A stretch of 64,000 nucleotides of DNA, from assembly GCA_951406725.2 (NCBI GenBank), contig OX597820.1, forward strand, positions 97,836,001 through 97,900,000. The letters run 5' to 3'. The DNA is from Octopus vulgaris (Eukaryota). The notes under the pieces were generated by a model. That model was given only the letters and a program-made list of their open reading frames with translations. It did no database searches and was not told where the DNA came from. Both the position numbers and the translations under genes were made by a program. This document shows positions 13,495 to 28,254 of this stretch, in pieces. Numbering within the stretch: position 1 is the stretch's first letter; every line of letters begins with the position of its first letter.

Positions 13495-13830
13495 TAACAA
13501 TAATTCAATAATTAAGGGTTTAGCACCGAGTTGCTTAACCACATAGCGAAAAGTTTAGAAATAGCAGCCAAGAGACCATTATTTCTTTTCGCTACATAAT
13601 ATGACTCCACAGATAACCCTCTCTGTAACTCACACAGGCAAAAACAAGAAGGAAAATAATGAAATCAAACAGTGTTCGGTTAATTATGGACGCGTTTCTG
13701 GATTAGAGTTTAAAACTCATTTCCTTATGAACATAATATTCCGATACTTACAAATTAAAAAATGCTAGAAAACTTACCCTTTGCATTTCTGACCAAGCGA
13801 CATCAGAACATCACACAAGGTAGTTAGCAT
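13495..13830 (-). mobile_element. PLE pLTR-like fragment with decayed hammerhead (13683-13738)
   Basis: Minus strand: attatg [ttcataa] gga..tcc a GAAAC gc GTC cataat. Stem I is 6 bp and stem III is palindromic (acgcgt); the core is eroded. The tail is homologous to the 16.3 kb fold-back arms and ends in (TA)n. Confidence 0.55.
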
Positions 13831-14314
13831 ATCCAAATTTATATAGACGAGTGAAATTCATATTTGCTCTCTCAGTGCTCTCGTTTAATTTTGATTTTAG
13901 GATAAACATAATGAAGTAGTTACATATTTCTACTTCCCTCCTCAGAATTATCTATTAGTAAGGGATTAATTTTATTCCCTTAAGCCATTGTAGAAAGTTC
14001 GGTTAAGCATAGAAAGTAAATTACGTACGTATTCTGCTTTTAGCACCAATACATATTTTACAGCATTTGATACCTACTTCAGCTAATTCGTTGCTGGTTT
14101 GTGCATGCTGGTAGTAGCCTCTCTGCTTCTTATGCTCAGTTGCGGGTCGACTAGGGAACTTTAAGGGTCAGACGGTTAGCTGTGGCTATCAGCACCTAGG
14201 TAGAATTTGAACTCAGAATGTAAAGACAAGGTCGTGATAAAATACTGCAATGCATTTCGTCCGAGGTCTTATACAAAGACAAAGAATTAAAAATATATGT
14301 AAAGCAATACACGA

Positions 14315-14414
<100 letters not shown>

Positions 14415-14417
14415 ATA

Positions 14418-14508
<91 letters not shown>

Positions 14509-14527
14509 GTATATATTTAAATATAGT

Positions 14528-14855
14528 AACGTAGCTGTGTGGTAAGAAGCTTGCTTCCCAACCAGATGGTTCGGGGTTCAGTTCCTCTGCGTGGCTCCTT
14601 AGGCAGATGGCTTCTACTACAGCTTCGAATCGACCAAAGCATATGTGTATGTGTGTGTGTTTGTGTCTGTGTTTGTCCCCTCCACCACCACCTCTTGACA
14701 ACCGGTGCTGGTGTGTTTTTACATCTCCGTAACTTAGCGGTTCCGCTAAATGGACAGATAAAAGACGTAATTATCTTTAACTCATAAGTACTGGGGTCGA
14801 TTCATCTGACTAAAAACTCTTCAAGGCGGTGCCCCTGCACGGCAGCAGTCTAGTA
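14528..14855 (+). mobile_element. SINE family B, diverged
   Basis: Aligns by eye with the 18238 copy. Confidence 0.75.
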
Positions 14856-14857
14856 CG

Positions 14858-15280
14858 ATGTGGACAATATACCGCCAACTTTGCCCAAACGACCTGAACA
14901 TTAGCTTCAAGGTTCATCCAAGACTGGGACCACGGGCCATACGTCCCCTGCCCAATTCAGGATCACAGCATATATGTACACTGCAACATAATTTCTTTTC
15001 CTCAACAGGCCCTGCCCTATTTAACATTGTCTCGAAAGAGATCAAAGAGGAAAAGGATCCCATCAACTTTAAACGGAGTCTGGATAGATTCCTTCAAGGA
15101 ATACCAGCTAAGCCACCCAAAATTGGATACAACTCACCCAACAAAAACTCACTGCTTGAATGGACCACAAACAAAACTTGACCTAAACAGGATTTAGATA
15201 ATCATATCAGGTGGTGCTATTAAGTTAGACATGGCCTGGACCAATCTTTGGTCGAAACATATCTAAGTTTATCTAAGTTT
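14858..15280 (+). mobile_element. 5'-truncated CR1/L2-group LINE 3' end
   Basis: The ORF ends ...FSSTGPALFNIVSKEIKEEKDPINFKRSLDRFLQGIPAKPPKIGYNSPNKNSLLEW, typical of the post-RT C-terminus (GPxLFNxLP...FKxxLDxxL). A short 3' UTR ends in tandem atctaagttt. Confidence 0.75.
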
Positions 15281-15762
15281 ATACTCACAAACACTCACTC
15301 AAAACCATTCTGTAGAATATCATAGTTATTTTATTTTTACAAATAAAATGGTCGACATCAACTTTGAAATCTCTGCTTCGTTCCCTGAAGATGACATAGC
15401 AGAAGCTTCGAAGTCACTTTCAGCCATTGCCACACATATACACCCCCACACACATACGCATATATACACCATGAGGTTCTTACAGTTTCCGTCTACCAAA
15501 TCCATTCATTAGGCTTTGGTCGACCTGCAGCTATACTAGAATATACTCGCCCAAAGTGCCATATACATACATACATACGTACATACATACATACATACAT
15601 ACATACATAAATACATATATATATATATATGAGTGCGTGAGAGCAAATATACAGATTATAAAGATAAAAGCGTGAAGATGTAAATACGTAAGTTAAAAGA
15701 CAGAGTACGGAAGAGTGTAAGAAAGAGAGCGAGAGAGAGAGAGCGAGAGAGGAGGTTATATA

Positions 15763-15805
<43 letters not shown>

Positions 15806-15834
15806 CAGACACACACACACACATACATATATGT

Positions 15835-16128
15835 ATCACCGTGTTCACCGTGACCGACCAGGCTATCAGATGTTGCTACACATCGCTGGTCACAATGCGC
15901 TTCGCATTGTTTCTTTAGCCTACAAATGACGCCACCCCGCTAGCTAATCGAGCAGGCCAACAGAAGAAAGTGTGAGAGAAAGTTGTGGCGAAAGAGTACA
16001 GCAGGGATCGACACCACCCTCTGCCGGAGCCTCGTGGAGCTTTAGGTGTTTTCGCTCAATAAACACACACAACGCCCGGTCTACGACCGCGAGTCCGCTG
16101 CCCTAACCACTGGGCCATTGCGCCTCCA
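15835..16128 (-). mobile_element. tRNA-derived SINE family C, tail type 2
   Basis: Minus-strand head ggaggcgcaatggcccagtggttagggcagcggactcgcggtcgtag and tail ...ggtcggtcacggtga(a/t)cacggtgat. Copies at 43173 and 52175. Confidence 0.85.
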
Positions 16129-16169
<41 letters not shown>

Positions 16170-16292
16170 ATAAGGGTAAATAATTTCTATAAAGGTTTTT
16201 AAAAAAACCCACAATTATTTACTGGTAGAATTCGGTATGTAAATATAGCCGATTACCGGCAGGAACTTCTGTAAAGTTCAGTATATATATTG

Positions 16293-16612
16293 TATATAAG
16301 AAAAGGGACAGGCAACAGGTTGCTTGACCGCATACCGAAAAAATAGAAATAGCAGTCAAGAATGCTTATTTCTATCAAAGTGGGACTCGGGCACGACAAA
16401 CCCTGTAATTCACATATGCAAAACAGAAGGAATAGATATCGAAAACAGATAACCACCAGACTTCGTTTTCGATATCTATTCCTTCTGTTTTGCATATGTG
16501 AATTACAGGGTTTGTCGTGCCCGGAGTCCCACTTTGATAGAAATAAGCATTCTTGACTGCTATTTCTATTTTTTCGGTATGCGGTCAAGCAACCTGTTGC
16601 CTGTCCCTTTTT

Positions 16613-16620
<8 letters not shown>
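16293..16620. mobile_element. Near-perfect ~150-bp-arm fold-back in (TA)n
   Basis: Arms 16293-16446 and 16465-16620 are reverse complements apart from one or two single-base indels, with an 18-nt loop agataaccaccagacttc. Confidence 0.9.
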
Positions 16621-17165
<545 letters not shown>

Positions 17166-17641
17166 AGAGTGAAAGAGGGAGAGAGAGTGAAAGAGAGAGA
17201 GAGACATAGAGAGAAATGAAAAGTTAAGAAAAACAGGAGTGTCAGGGCAATGTCCTAGAAATGCTTTTTAATCAACAGATTTTTCTGTTTCAATTATTTT
17301 TACCTTCTCTAATACTATGTTTTTTTTTTGTTTTTTTTGTAAATCCTTTGCCTTCTATGTTCCCATAAATCATTTTACAAACACCGAGTGTCATTACCTG
17401 TTTGATAATTTTGTGAAAGGTAGTACATTAACCGTGAATCGCAGGTAGACGAAGCCACCTGAACAATGTCGAGCGGCTATTTCTATTGGTTTTTTTAACG
17501 TAAAATGACTCGAATGGTCTGGAGCGTTTACGACGACCTCCCTCCTCCTCCTCCCCTCCTCCTCCTCCTCCACCTCCTCCACCTCCTCCTCCACCTCCTC
17601 CACCTCCTCTTCCTCCACTTCCTCCTCCGCCTCCCCCCCTT

Positions 17642-17684
<43 letters not shown>

Positions 17685-17689
17685 CTATT

Positions 17690-18124
17690 GAGAGAGTAAT
17701 ACACGCCATCAAAGTGACACTGGGGTAAAATATGCCATACCCCATACACTCATCATGACTACCCGTCTGATAAGGGTACACCGGGCACATGCATCACAAT
17801 CACATGTGCGCGTCACGGTGACTTCATATCAAGACAAACAGAACACATTTAGGGGAACACTTAAAATTTTCTTTCTTGCACGAAAGGTCTCTGAATAAGG
17901 TTTGTTTAAGGATGATGAATGAAATACCTATGTTTCCATAGGTGAATTATTCCGACCCCAAAGAATTCCTCTCAACACATGACTATGATGCTCCCCCACT
18001 ATCCCTACTCGTTATCAGAGATGCACATATTGTCAGCCACTAAGGGACATGCTCAGCTGACAAACAAATCTGTGGTACTAAGCAGAATATTTGCAGGAGC
18101 CCATCTTTTATAGCAAGACAAAAC

Positions 18125-18125
<1 letters not shown>
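17690..18125 (-). mobile_element. Family E repeat
   Basis: Reverse complement of 640-1055 and adjacent to (ATC)n. Confidence 0.75.
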
Positions 18126-18155
<30 letters not shown>

Positions 18156-18237
18156 TGTATGTATGCATGTATGTATGTGTGTGTCTGTGTGTGTATATAT
18201 GTATATTATATATATAATATATACATATTATACAATA

Positions 18238-18645
18238 GGCGCAGGAGTGGCTGTGTGGTAAGTAGCTTGCTTACCAACCACATGGTTCCGGGTTCATTCC
18301 CACTGCGTGGCACCATGGGCAAGTGTCTTCTACTATAGCCTCGGGCCGACCAAAGCCTTGTGAGTGGATTTGGTAGACGGACACTGGAAGAAGCCCGTCG
18401 TATATATGTGTATATATGTATGTGTGTATATGTTTGTGTCTGTGTTTGTCCCCCCACCATTGCTTGACAACCGATGCTGGTGTGTTTACGTCCCCGTAAC
18501 TTAGCGGTTCAGCAAAAGAGACTGATAGAATAAGTACTAGGCTTACAAGGAATAAGTTCTGGGGTCGATTTACTCGACTAAAGGCAGTGCTCTAGCATGG
18601 CTGCACTCAACTGCCTGAAACAGGTAAAAGAGTAAAGAGTAAAGA
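18238..18645 (+). mobile_element. SINE family B, full length
   Basis: tRNA-like A box (tggctgtgtggt) and B box (ggttcattccc), CORE-like accatgggcaagtgtctt, internal TA/TG tract and (taaagag)n tail. Confidence 0.9.
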
Positions 18646-18650
18646 GTGTG

Positions 18651-18691
<41 letters not shown>

Positions 18692-18915
18692 TTGTGTGTG
18701 TGTATGTGTGTGAGTGTGTATACACACATAAACACACACTCATACACTCACTCTTACACATTCACACAAACACATACACACGCGCGCGCGCGACTTATGT
18801 TCTCCATTTCTTTTGTATTGTTCTTTAGTTCTTTAGTTCTTTACGCTGCCTTTACCACCGTTACCGTTGCTATCGACACCATCGCCGCAGCTGTCGTCAT
18901 CGCTGCAGTACAGGG

Positions 18916-18955
<40 letters not shown>

Positions 18956-18987
18956 ACGAAAGAACTACGATGACGACGTTCTTATAA

Positions 18988-19218
18988 GGCGGCGAGCTGG
19001 CAAAAACGTTAGCAGGCCAGGCGAAATGCGTAGCCGTATTTCGTCTGCCGCTACGTTGTGAGTTCAAATTCCGCCGAGGTCGACTTTGCCTTTCATCCTT
19101 TCGGGGTCGATAAATTAAGTACCAGTTACTCACTGGGGCAGATGTAATCGACTTTATCCCTTTGTCTGTCCTTGTTTGTCCCCTCTATGTTTAGCCCCTT
19201 GTGGGCAATAAAGAAATA
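18988..19218 (+). mobile_element. SINE family A, full length
   Basis: Family A sequence flanked by the direct repeat tcttataa. Confidence 0.9.
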
Positions 19219-19983
19219 TCTTATAAATGCGACAAACATATCTACGCCGCCGTCTTTAATATCAAAACTACCACGACCACGACCACCGCCACAAACACCG
19301 ACATCGATACCAGCACCATCACCATCACCACCACCACCATCAACAACACCACAACCTTCGCTCTTACTATTACCAACATCTTCATCGTCACCATTACCAC
19401 CATCATGCCCTTCCCCACTACCATCACCATCACAGTCACATTTACTGCCGCCACGTCCATTACCTTTACTACGCTCACCTAAATTTCACCGCTTCCACCT
19501 TCACAACCATCGCCGCCGACACCAAAATTTTTTTCTGTTTGCAACATAGATTTGTTTGGAGAGGTGGTCGTTAAAAGCAGGCATGTTTGCAATGACAATG
19601 GAAAATGAAAACAGAATTGAAATCTCGTAGCAACATTGAGCTAACATTCCACTTCACTTAGTACCTAAGATCTGTTACTTCAATACTGAGCCAACAAGCG
19701 GGAGCCTTTATATGACTGACTCGCTAGCTAATGGAGAGATTGCCACAGTGGTCTGTATTGGCCCATTGAAGAGGTCACTGTGACCATCCAAGGGGTCGAT
19801 ATACTTTAAATATTTCGATTATATCAATAGAATATGACTGAATTTTTATTGTCCTATATCAATATCCGTTAAGCATTTTCATTAAATTTTGATTTAAATA
19901 AACAATTGCAGCGTGGAAGGTGTTTGTAAGCCATTTAAGAAACACACAAAAGCCGTTCGATTCACTTCAACATTTAAGTTTAA

Positions 19984-20034
19984 TTTGTCAAAATATTTTC
20001 GTCGCTTTAAGACCGCGACCTGTTCACTGACAAA
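19984..20034 (-). ncRNA. Hammerhead-like motif with swapped G3-C8 core (GUGAACA)
   Basis: Reverse complement of 41072-41122, within a shared ~135-bp repeat (19900-20035). Confidence 0.6.
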
Positions 20035-20139
20035 AGCGATAATGACGCAAAAAAATAAAAAATAAATAAATAAAAACCAAGGGTTATTGCTTTGAAGTCA
20101 AGAAATATTTCTTAATCATATTTTATTTTATCTTAGAAA

Positions 20140-20520
20140 TTTATGATGGATCATCCAGAACATCAGAAGGTACCATTGCGTTTCCAACAAAGAACTGCAT
20201 ACGCGCACGCATCAGCCCGCAGTCTCTCACCTCATAGCTATCTGTCGCATGCGCCAGCTCAGACATATTCTCTGTCTCCCGCTAAATCATTTTACCAGGG
20301 CTTTACTCTCATCCGACTGTGGGGTGGAGGAGGCCTCGTGGCAGGCATCGCACCAGAAGGTTGCACGTGATTGAGGAAGGTCTCTAGAGGCTTCACGCTA
20401 CTTTGGAGATTATAGAGGGACTGGCACGGGGCCGCCGGCAATGGAGAGTACTGTTGGATCTGGTCGACTCTACGCGTGATGACGTCTCTGGGGCCACGAA
20501 CCTGGGATAATCTCAGGTTT
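20140..20520 (+). mobile_element. Decayed RTE-type LINE 3' end
   Basis: Fragments PTVGWRRPRGRHRTRRLHVIEEG and EGLARGRRQWRVLLDLVDSTRDD match the RxxGRP...AxDRxxWR C-terminus of RTE ORFs; frameshifted. Confidence 0.65.
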
Positions 20521-21605
20521 CATGGATTCACAGTAAATAAAGTGTTAGATCAAATCCTTGTAATTCCAGCTATTAAACTAATCATGGACACCGGAACTGG
20601 ATTTTATGAACCTCAGAAGGATGAAAAGCAAAGTTGATTTCAGTGGGATTTGAACTCAGAACGAATATGCACGAAATTGCTGTCCGCCGCTTTAACCAGT
20701 TAGCTGCCGTCGTTCTTTCTAATATTGTTGGAAATAATGCAAGTCAGTGGAGATAGAATAGCTATCATTTGCCTTAACAGGATTCATTGGAGGTCTCCCA
20801 GTAAGTACGACAAGGAACCAAAGCATTAATACAAGACACCAAGGCAATTAGCCGACATAACCAACGAACAGCTTTATCAAAATCTGCCCAAAGCGACTGA
20901 AAATATTCAGTCCAAACTAAAATTGACTAACTTATTGTCCTCCTGGTGGACGCTTTCCTTTCTCACTTTGCCTGCTTAAAACCCGAAGACCAAGCTACTG
21001 CGTATTAAATATTTTGTCTATAATACAGCTCAAAGTTGAAGGGCAAGGTAGATATAACGAAGTGAATATGACATAGTGAATATTTTTAACACAATCATCA
21101 ACTTGTAGACCGCCAATACCAAGTCCGTTGATGACACCTATCTGCCGTTCGAAGCGTTTTTGAAATGAAGGGACTCAACCAGGAATAGAACCCTTATTGT
21201 AAGAATGGTTCACAAAAGTCTTTCATTCTTTTTGCCACTTACAATACAAAAGTGATTTATTAAACATCAGAATAAAACGAAAACGAGAAAAGACCTCCTA
21301 AAAATCATAAAAAAATAAGTGAATAAGTCAGACAGAAATGCAATAAGAACAAAAAAAAAAAGGTAAGAGGAAAAAGAAATTGGGAGAAGCCATCAAAGAT
21401 TTAAAGAACCAAATAAAATCAAGTTTTTGACAAACATTTAGAGAGTTATTTTGATGCTCTGAGACAAAAGAAGCAAATTATTTTTCTTACGACTGTACAG
21501 ATAGAATCTGCCGCTTGTTTGATTCTGTTGGTCATTTGCCGATCAAATCGAGTAAATAAACAATATACATGAGCGTGTGTATGCGAGCACAGACACACAC
21601 ACACA

Positions 21606-21668
<63 letters not shown>

Positions 21669-21807
21669 GAACAGGCTAAAGCTAAAACTCAAAGCTGTGG
21701 TTGAAGCCCCATTGATGGGCGGACTTTAACCTGAGTTGATGAATTAAATGCCGTTTAGTGATGCTACAGTTTCTGCTATTGTTGTTGTTGTTGTTGTTGC
21801 TGCTGCT

Positions 21808-21839
<32 letters not shown>

Positions 21840-21932
21840 TGTTGTTGTTGTTATTTTGCAGCAAACACTTAATGCTGTTATAGTCGATGTTACACTTACC
21901 CCGGTAGTTGTTACTGTTGTGGTCGTCGTTAC

Positions 21933-22182
<250 letters not shown>

Positions 22183-22246
22183 TTAACCGTTCTCTTGTTG
22201 CAGATGTTGTTTTTGTTGCTACTACTGCTACTGCGGATATTGTAGT

Positions 22247-22281
<35 letters not shown>

Positions 22282-22714
22282 CTTACTTTTGCCCTGCTTG
22301 ACGCCATTTTTTCCTGCTATGTTGTCGCTTCGTTGCTCATTTATTACCATCGTTTTTCAGCAGTCGTTGTTGTTGCTACTACTCTGCTGCAGGTGTTTTG
22401 TTTTTGTTGTTGTTGTCACTGCCGTTCTGTTATTTTATTTTATTATATTTTTTTTTTTGTTCTTACCTGTGTTGCAGTTTGTGGCGATTATGCTTTTGCC
22501 TTTCCGATCATTTATTTATTTTTCTGCTTTTAATGGCGTTGTTGTTTTCGTTTCCATTTACTCTTTTTGTTTAGCCGTGTTGCTTGTGACGTTTATGTTA
22601 TTGTGGCTTTTAGAATTTGCAGTAGATGTTAACTTTCTTGTTACTGTTTTACTTGGTCTTTCTAATATTGTAATTGCTGTTGTTGCTTTTATACGTCAAT
22701 ATTGTTGCTGCACG

Positions 22715-23060
22715 TTGGCGCAGAGTGGCCGAATGGTTAAGAAGTTTGTTTTAAAACCACGACGTTTCGGGTTCAATCTAAACCGTGTTCTATTTTGAAC
22801 CTTGATCTTGGGTAAGTGCCATTTTCTATACCATCGGATCGACTAATATCTTGCGAGTCGAAACTGGGAATAAAAAAACGGTGCGTTACCCTGTCGGGTA
22901 CATTCTATCTGTTACCCAAAAAGTAGATCATTGTTACACACTGTCACGCTGATTCTGCCTGCGAATTACGTTAAGAGTACGCCTGGCTATGAACATGCCC
23001 AATTCAGGAGCAGATAATTCACTCGATCGAACAACTGAATTCTCATCCAACGACGGAGAT
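22715..23060 (+). mobile_element. Old tRNA-derived SINE with a type-1-like tail
   Basis: ggcgcagagtggccgaatggttaag..gggttcaatc head, and a tail tgtcacgctgat..gaattacgttaagagtac resembling the 51326 copy. Confidence 0.5.
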
Positions 23061-23584
23061 CCACCACCGCCACCATAACCACTACGGCTAATATTGTCAC
23101 TGTTAACGATGCTATTTATTTTAGCTGCAGGTCAGCCATGGCTGAACAGACCTATCCTCAAATGCAATACCAACGGTGACTATCCGAACTTAATTCACTT
23201 CAAAGGTATTACGCAGTGAATCTTTCCGCTTCAAGACGGTTGAATCGATTTGAGAGAGATTTCGCTGCAGTTATTGGCACATCGAAAGATCACTATGAAG
23301 CTCACCCGTTGGCTGCTACTATAGTAATAGTAGTAGTAGTAGTAGTAGTAGTAGTTGTTGTTGTTTTTGTTGTTGTTGTCATTATTATTGTTCATGCTGC
23401 TTGTTAAAAGCCTTCTGATTGACAGCCTGTAACATTCATGTGTAGAAGAAGTGTTTGCGTTTGTGTACGTATTTGTATATCACATCATGCGTGTTTGTGA
23501 GTGTTTGTACTTGTATCTATAAGGACGTAGGTGCGTTTGTGAATCTATAACGTAAGCTTCAATGTTAAAACCCAAATGGAATAT

Positions 23585-23621
<37 letters not shown>

Positions 23622-23822
23622 TATATATATACACATATATACATATATATTTTATATGCATGTATGTATATATGCGTATTTATTTATATTTATGTATGTG
23701 TGTATATATATATCCATACATACATGCACACATATACATATTCATATACACATATATATATATATTCATATATACATATACATATATATAGATATATATA
23801 TATTCATATATACATATACATA

Positions 23823-23903
<81 letters not shown>

Positions 23904-23987
23904 AATAAGAGTACTGTGTGCTCCTATTTGCGCTTGTGTATATATGTGAGTGTACTAGGGTGTAGAAGAGGGAATGCATGAGCATGT

Positions 23988-24067
<80 letters not shown>

Positions 24068-24335
24068 CCGAGTCTGCGTGTGTGTGAGTGTAAGTATATG
24101 TACGTATATGCTTGTGTGGTAATGTGCATGTATGTATGTATTAAGTATGTATGTATGTATTTTGCTCTCTTCCTTCTGAAACAGAACGAAAAAAAAAGAT
24201 ATTTATTAATCATGTCGTTGAATATACTCTACTTTAATAAAATTATGTATTTTGTGAGAACTGGGAGTATTTCGATGTTTTTGTTTATTTAAGTATGTCT
24301 GAAAATGTCTGAATTGCAGTTCATTTTGTTTTTGT

Positions 24336-24434
<99 letters not shown>

Positions 24435-24692
24435 AGGTCACCATACTATACATACATACATACACGCATAGTTATATACATGAACACATTCACACATCCA
24501 AGACCGTTATCTCTGAGTAAAACCGTAACTGCACGAAAAACTATAAATAAAAGGTTTATTGAATGAGATACGGCAATAATAATAATAATGATGATGATGA
24601 TGATGATGACGATGACGATGATGATGATGATAATAATAATAATAATAACAATAATGATGATGATAATAATAATAATAATAACAATAATGATA

Positions 24693-24765
<73 letters not shown>

Positions 24766-24767
<2 letters not shown>

Positions 24768-24878
24768 TGCTGCATGTGCCTAGTGTACCCTTATCAGACG
24801 GGTAGTTATGATGGGTATACTGGGCTTCGTATATTTTACCCCAGTGTCACATTGATGGCATGCACTGCTCTCTCACTC
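24766..24878 (+). mobile_element. Family E repeat, 5'-truncated, inserted in (AAT)n
   Basis: Only the terminal ~110 bp of family E, with pure (AAT)n on both sides. Confidence 0.8.
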
Positions 24879-24944
<66 letters not shown>

Positions 24945-25512
24945 CATAGTTGCAAAAACAGCAACAATAACAACGATAATGGTTTCCAATTTTGGCACAG
25001 GTCCAGGAAATTTTGAGAGGTGGCAGAATTTGATTACATCAATCTCAGTACTTGACTGCTACCTGTGGACGCCGAAAGGATGAAAGGCCAAGTCGATCTC
25101 GTGTGTTTTTAAAAATAATAATAAAGGACCAAAAGTCCTTTCCTTCTCGTATCGTGAGCCCATGAGACTGGTTTCCCAGATTCTATGGCGTCTATATATT
25201 TGCTACTCGAATTACTTACAGCTAATATATCAGTTTCTAACGAATATATCAAATTGGCTGACACTCCTTTGCCGTTAAGATACCATCCACCGTAGAATAC
25301 TTTTAGAAAAACATAAAGAGCTTCTAACAACATTCATCAAGGTATATATTGACGTTTAAAACATAAGAATATCAATAAGTACCAAATTATTAGGGAGTTC
25401 TTAAAACATGCAAACCTTAATATTGCGGTAATGCCTGCGTTCTATGTATTCATCAAAAATGAACCCACACAGATAAGCAGACTTCAATCTCAGATACACG
25501 CAGCCTAATCAC

Positions 25513-25595
<83 letters not shown>

Positions 25596-25671
25596 AATCT
25601 ATCTATCTATGTATGCATGTATATATGTATATATATGTGTGCGTGTGTGTGTATGTATGTATGTATGTATG

Positions 25672-25740
<69 letters not shown>

Positions 25741-26365
25741 ATATAAATGAATTAAGTAGGGACCAAACAGCAGGAAGTATAAAGATGACACCAAGAAATA
25801 ATATTCAAAAAGAGTAAACATAAAATGGGGCTAAAACGTTACAAGACCACACATAAAAGCTTATAGACCTGAAATTTTAGTCATGTTTTCTAACCACAAT
25901 TCCAAATAACTTCTGGTTCAATGAATTGAAGTAAAACCAAAAGTGTACATACACCTACGTAGAAGCACATGCTCAGAGGCAAAAATATACTAAAAAAAAT
26001 CACAACTGCATTCACACCACGGCATACACTTATGACCATTTAATTACAAACAGACCACACGGAGACACATTTGCACACACAAAATCATAATGCATACATA
26101 CACTCACAAAACAATAAAACGCCTATATATATATGGTTACTTATATATACATACGGACAATTATTCAGGCATACATACATATATACATACTTACCAGAAA
26201 CTACCCCTCCTATATATATATATATAATATTAGTGTATATTTATACACAAAAGAGGTGAGCCAAATAGGCCACCTTACCTGATAAAAAGAGCAGTCAAAG
26301 CTCAAACCACAGTTAAAAGTAATTTCGAAGGGGATGAAAGATAAAAACATTTTCAATAGTTATCA

Positions 26366-26434
26366 CATGTACCTAGGTTTCGGAACATCAATGAACAAAT
26401 AAAATAATTTGCCACCCGTGTTCTCATCGGCACG
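26366..26434 (-). ncRNA. Type-I hammerhead motif (U4C variant)
   Basis: cgtg CCGATGA gaaca...tgttc c GAAAC ctag GTA catg. Confidence 0.7.
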
Positions 26435-26826
26435 GGCGCTACAATCAATATATGTTTATGGTACATTGACGGCAGCACATGTTCCAACTATATACATTAT
26501 AATTTTTCAAATTCACCGCGCAAGTGCAGTTATAGTCATCAGCAAGTAAAATATGTGCCAGCATTCTTCAAAATTACGAAATTATAATAAGAAAATATAT
26601 ATATAGGGTAGAAAAATTTGAGAAATTTTCTACCAGTGGCTAGAATGCATAAAAGAGTCAGTCAATAGACAACATATTTTTCATATAGAATTAGTGCACA
26701 TTTATACTCAAAAGAGGTGAGCCTAAAAGGCCATCTTACATGCTGAAAAGAGCAGTCAAAGCCTAAACCACGGTTAAGAGTAATTTCGAAGGGGATGAAA
26801 AATAAAAACATATTTAATAGTTACTA

Positions 26827-26894
26827 CATGTACCTAGGTTTCGAACATCAATGAACAAATAAAATAATTTGCCATCCGTGTTCTCATCAGCACA
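26827..26894 (-). ncRNA. Type-I hammerhead ribozyme, canonical core
   Basis: tgtg CTGATGA gaaca-(loop)-tgttc GAAAC ctag GTA catg, with palindromic stem III ACCTAGGT. Confidence 0.85.
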
Positions 26895-27922
26895 GGCGCT
26901 ACAATTGATATATATTTGTACACTAATTTTATATGAAAAATATGTTGTCTATTGACTCTTTTATGCATGCTAGCTACTGGTAAAAAATGTCTCTAATTTT
27001 TCTACCCTATATATATTTTCTTATATATATATATATATATGTGTGCGTGTATGTGTGTGTATGCACACACATATACACATACGCACGCACGCACATACAC
27101 ACATATATCTATATATACATACATACAAATAATCATGCATATACGCACAAATACATAGATACACATATACTTATCTCAATATAACAAACGCATACACGAA
27201 ATCATTTAAAAACATATAGGTGCAAACATTTAGCCAGTCGATAATGCTAAAATGTGAACCCTTCCGTTAGACTGAATCTGCCAAATGTAATTTTAATGAA
27301 CTGTGTATCATAATGAAAATGATCCAAAAATAGATATAGATACAGATAAAGGCAATCAGGGGTGTAAAGAAATTTCGAGGTTTAGGATTACAGAACCAAG
27401 GCAGTCGGGAGACGGTTATAACTTTAATAATGTGTAAAAGATAGTTAAGGCATAGAATATTGGCATAAAATACTAAAATATTATATATCAATGGGTAATA
27501 AGTATTTTTCAAATAGCAGAACGTTTGAATATGGTCTAAAACATTATCTATTACTAAAGTCGGATTAAATTATAAATAACATAGATTTAGGAATTGCACT
27601 GATCAAGGACATATATTTTGATAGTATAAGGTTAGGTATAATTAACTTATAGAAACGATTTGTATTTAAACTTCTCGTATCTTATGATTTATTCATCACG
27701 TTGATTAAAATATTCGATTTAATTTTATTAATATGGAACGTCTCTAATACACAGAGCCCATACCAACAACCGCCGTCCCTATGTGGGTTGCACTGTACAT
27801 ACAATAGACCAAGCAATATTATATTCAGTGGTATTGACATTGAGAGAATGTGCAAAGTGTATCTATATATATTCGTGTATACATGTATATATATGCATGT
27901 ATATGTGTATATATATATATAA

Positions 27923-27968
<46 letters not shown>

Positions 27969-28254
27969 GTATATATCTCCCCTCTCTACACTACACCATA
28001 CGACATTACGCATCACATCATACATACATACACACGTCCAGACCTTTCATACGCACCACATACTCCCTCAAACACACACGCACCCTTATGTTGGGGCGAA
28101 TTCCATTTGACCCTGTTATCTCCCCTATTTTCTCTCTTGGGTCTCACGTTTGATCTCTGACTTCTGGCCAGAATCAGATCGCCATGTTGAATCGCTAGCT
28201 TCTGCACGCATTTTTTTTCTCTCCTTGTTTCTCTCCGTGTTTCTTTTCTGTGTA

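Larger units (their letters stand above)
26228..27025 (-). mobile_element. Non-autonomous PLE/retrozyme-like element: tandem HHR-bearing repeats plus an inverted segment, in (TA)n
   Basis: Direct repeats ~26228-26450 and ~26690-26910 (period 460-461). Segment 26915-27025 is an inverted copy of ~26590-26700. Confidence 0.8.

Noticed and set aside
19172-19549. Pro/Ser/Thr-rich mucin-like ORFs (also 8668-9115)
   Set aside because: They derive from a SINE tail plus decayed (ACC)n microsatellite.
20840-20930. ITNEQLYQNLPKATENIQSKL, similar to an RTE post-RT segment
   Set aside because: Too short and without flanking motifs to annotate confidently.
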